Below, in pieces: positions 22,508 through 24,507 of a stretch of DNA of 24,507 bases; position 1 is the stretch's first letter; every line of letters starts with the position of its first letter. A program made the position numbers and the translations under genes. This stretch comes from Minisyncoccota bacterium (GTDB lineage: Bacteria > Patescibacteriota > Minisyncoccia > Phycocordibacterales > SBAW01): assembly GCA_036509865.1 (NCBI GenBank), contig DATCEW010000084.1, forward strand, positions 1 through 24,507. Reading direction: 5' to 3'. Below the pieces are notes generated by a model, which was not told where the DNA came from, searched no databases, and worked only from the letters and a program-made list of their open reading frames with translations.

Positions 22508-23044
22508 TAGGGGCCGGCGCATCTGACCCGCATCTTCTTTTTCGATCACTTGCTCAATATCTTTTTTGATTTCGGCGATATTAATTTTTTCCTTCATTTT
22601 GTCCAGCTCCTGGTCTGCCTTAACCATGCCGAAGTTGGTGTTCAACTCATCGAGTACGGTGAGGATCTTTGTTATCTCACGCTCTGCGCGTACGTTTACT
22701 TCAAAATCAATCCTCTGGCGGATGTCCGCCATCTTCCCCTGCTGATTTTGATTGATCAAGACCACAATAGCCAAAAACATCGTGGAAAACGCGGCGATCA
22801 TCATCAGCAGACTAAAAGGGTAAGGATCAAACGGCTGCACGCCGGGTATGAGTCCGAGGTTGAGAGCTATCCATGCCGCAATAAAGGCGATGTTTACATT
22901 TAAAAACCACACACTGCCGAACGATTTAATCAGGAGGCGCGCTAAGACGCCGGCCCACTGTCGCTCAAATTCGACATATGATTTTAGGTGCGTATCAAAA
23001 AAATTGCTCACCTCGTTTTGGTTTTGGAGTGTTTCAGGTGGCAT
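22505..23044 (-). CDS. DUF1003 family membrane protein
   Basis: FGSVWF, WI..N, PFDPYPF.LL, ..VLI.QNQ, D..VN..AE.EI. Confidence 0.88.
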   Translation of the reverse strand: MPPETLQNQNEVSNFFDTHLKSYVEFERQWAGVLARLLIKSFGSVWFLNVNIAFIAAWIALNLGLIPGVQPFDPYPFSLLMMIAAFSTMFLAIVVLINQNQQGKMADIRQRIDFEVNVRAEREITKILTVLDELNTNFGMVKADQELDKMKEKINIAEIKKDIEQVIEKEDAGQMRRPL

Positions 23045-23135
23045 AAAAACATTTAATCATGTCATTTCGGCATGAAAGACGGATGAAGAAAAGAGTTCAT
23101 AAGAAAATCAGAGACTCTGAGGATACTGTAGGTAT

Positions 23136-23330
23136 ATGAAAATAGTACTTATGTGCCCCGAGTGCGATTATCAGGAGAGCAGTTCGTCAGAAAGAGAGCT
23201 GATGAACAAAATTATCATGTGGAACCACGCAAAAAAAGCTCATTCGCGCACTGCGGAGCGGATTATGCGTATATATAAGACGGTGCCCAATAACCTCTAT
23301 GGCGTACGTCCTGCCGGAGTGCTTTCATGA
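23136..23330 (+). CDS. Small putative metal-binding protein (CxxC...HxxxxH, DUF1059-like)
   Basis: CPEC...NHAKKAH; 64 aa. Confidence 0.6.
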   Translation: MKIVLMCPECDYQESSSSERELMNKIIMWNHAKKAHSRTAERIMRIYKTVPNNLYGVRPAGVLS

Positions 23331-23383
23331 AGGCTCTTCATGAGATATTCATGGAGGAGGAAATACACTACAATAATAGTATT

Positions 23384-24058
23384 ATGAGATTGCTTATTGT
23401 TGAAGACGAAGAGACTCTGGCTAAAAACCTCAAGAAAATCCTTGAACTAAAGGGCTTTGCGGTTGACTGGCTTGCGGATGGCGAAAAGGCGCGGACCCGC
23501 ATCCTCATGTACCATGACGAGTACGATGCCATTTTGCTCGACCTCAATCTGCCGGGTCTGGATGGCGTGACCATTACCAAGAGCTTGCGGGCGGAGGGCG
23601 TTACCACTCCGGTCATTATTCTGACTGGGCAAAGTAAAACGGAGTACAAGGTCGAGCTGCTTAACTCGGGCGCGGACGACTATGTGGTAAAACCGTTTTC
23701 GTCGGATGAGCTTATCGCCCGCATCTCTTCCGTATTGAGGAGGCCCAAAGAGGCGCAAAAGGTCGTGCACACCGTGGGCAATATCACGATAGACACTGTT
23801 GCTCATCGCGTGACTGTCGGAGACAAGGAAATCTCGCTGACGCTCAAGGAGTATGCTCTGCTCGAATGCTTCCTCCGTCGGCCGGGCGAGGTGTTTACGC
23901 GCGAGGAGCTCTGCAATCAGGTGTGGGATTTTAACGCCATGACATTAAGCAATGTGCTCGATGTGCATATGAAGAACCTGCGCAAAAAACTTGCGGCAGA
24001 CGGCAACTCAGCCCGTTTTGAAACAGTGCGCGGTGTCGGATATCGCTTTGCGGCATAG
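23384..24058 (+). CDS. OmpR-family two-component response regulator
   Basis: MRLLIVEDE, LLDLNLP.LDG (phospho-Asp), GADDYVVKPF, LTLKEY.LLE, ETVRGVGYRF. Start 23384 preferred to 23327. Confidence 0.96.
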   Translation: MRLLIVEDEETLAKNLKKILELKGFAVDWLADGEKARTRILMYHDEYDAILLDLNLPGLDGVTITKSLRAEGVTTPVIILTGQSKTEYKVELLNSGADDYVVKPFSSDELIARISSVLRRPKEAQKVVHTVGNITIDTVAHRVTVGDKEISLTLKEYALLECFLRRPGEVFTREELCNQVWDFNAMTLSNVLDVHMKNLRKKLAADGNSARFETVRGVGYRFAA

Positions 24059-24067
24059 ATACACGGT

Positions 24068-24507
24068 ATGACCCGCCAGTCTTTTCTCCGTTACTCCAAA
24101 CAATACTTCCAACGATTCGGGCCTGGAACGGGGCTTTTTTTTGTATACCTCATTATCGGGCGCATTGAGCTCATTATTCATCCGATTGCCGCGTTTGCAA
24201 CCTTGCTCTGGCTGCCGGCGGGCATTGCGCTTGCGGCCCTCGTTGTCTATGGGTATCGTCTTTGGCCTGCCATTGTGCTTGCTGCGTTTGCAGTATATTT
24301 TTCCGCAGGTGTGGGTTTTCTTGCCTCTCTCGGCATTGCGCTCGAGAGTACGCTGGAGGTTCTTGCCGGTGTGTATTTTTTAAGGCGGTACGTCGGTTTT
24401 AAACCCACTCTTTTGCGGCTGCGCGACAATACGGGGCTCATTGCGGTGGCGCTGGTGGCACCCATGATAAGCGCCGCCATAGGCGTGGCGAGCTTGTGGC
24501 TCGGCGG
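24068..24507 (+). CDS. MASE1-domain membrane sensor (probably histidine kinase); partial, runs off the window
   Basis: Manual translation open to the window end: ...LWLPAGIALAAL..YGYRLWPAI...STLEVL.G..FLRR...RLRD...SAAIGV.SL. Confidence 0.85.
   Translation, partial: MTRQSFLRYSKQYFQRFGPGTGLFFVYLIIGRIELIIHPIAAFATLLWLPAGIALAALVVYGYRLWPAIVLAAFAVYFSAGVGFLASLGIALESTLEVLAGVYFLRRYVGFKPTLLRLRDNTGLIAVALVAPMISAAIGVASLWLG

Overview
Bacterial chromosomal window. The gene set and style (trigger factor without its PPIase domain, split ComEC, TrmB-like regulator, nusA without rimP, very tight packing) suggest a Patescibacteria/CPR, Parcubacteria-like genome; this is inference. Most of it is housekeeping: HU, stand-alone prephenate dehydratase, RNase Y, ClpP, DksA-like Zn finger, Tig, PPase, NusA, a degenerate PilB/GspE ATPase, TPI, PGK, HIT, RecJ, RNase HI, VIT1, ComEC, SOD, DUF1003, an OmpR regulator and a MASE1 sensor. 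About 15 genes have a -10 hexamer only 6-9 nt before the ATG and no Shine-Dalgarno (SD), so they look leaderless. The most unusual part is an accessory island at about 4418-7700. A near-consensus sigma70 promoter precedes a ~450-nt heavily structured RNA and then an array of small SD-led ORFs. These are punctuated by five copies of a covarying hairpin (TTYARCWCRY...GTKWGYTG). The cargo includes a Csx20/CARF-like putative ring nuclease and an unannotated 50-aa ArfA-like peptide, followed by an inverted AbrB-Doc toxin-antitoxin pair. A 6S-RNA-like structure lies immediately upstream of rny. All family calls come from motif recognition by eye; no database search or folding program was run.
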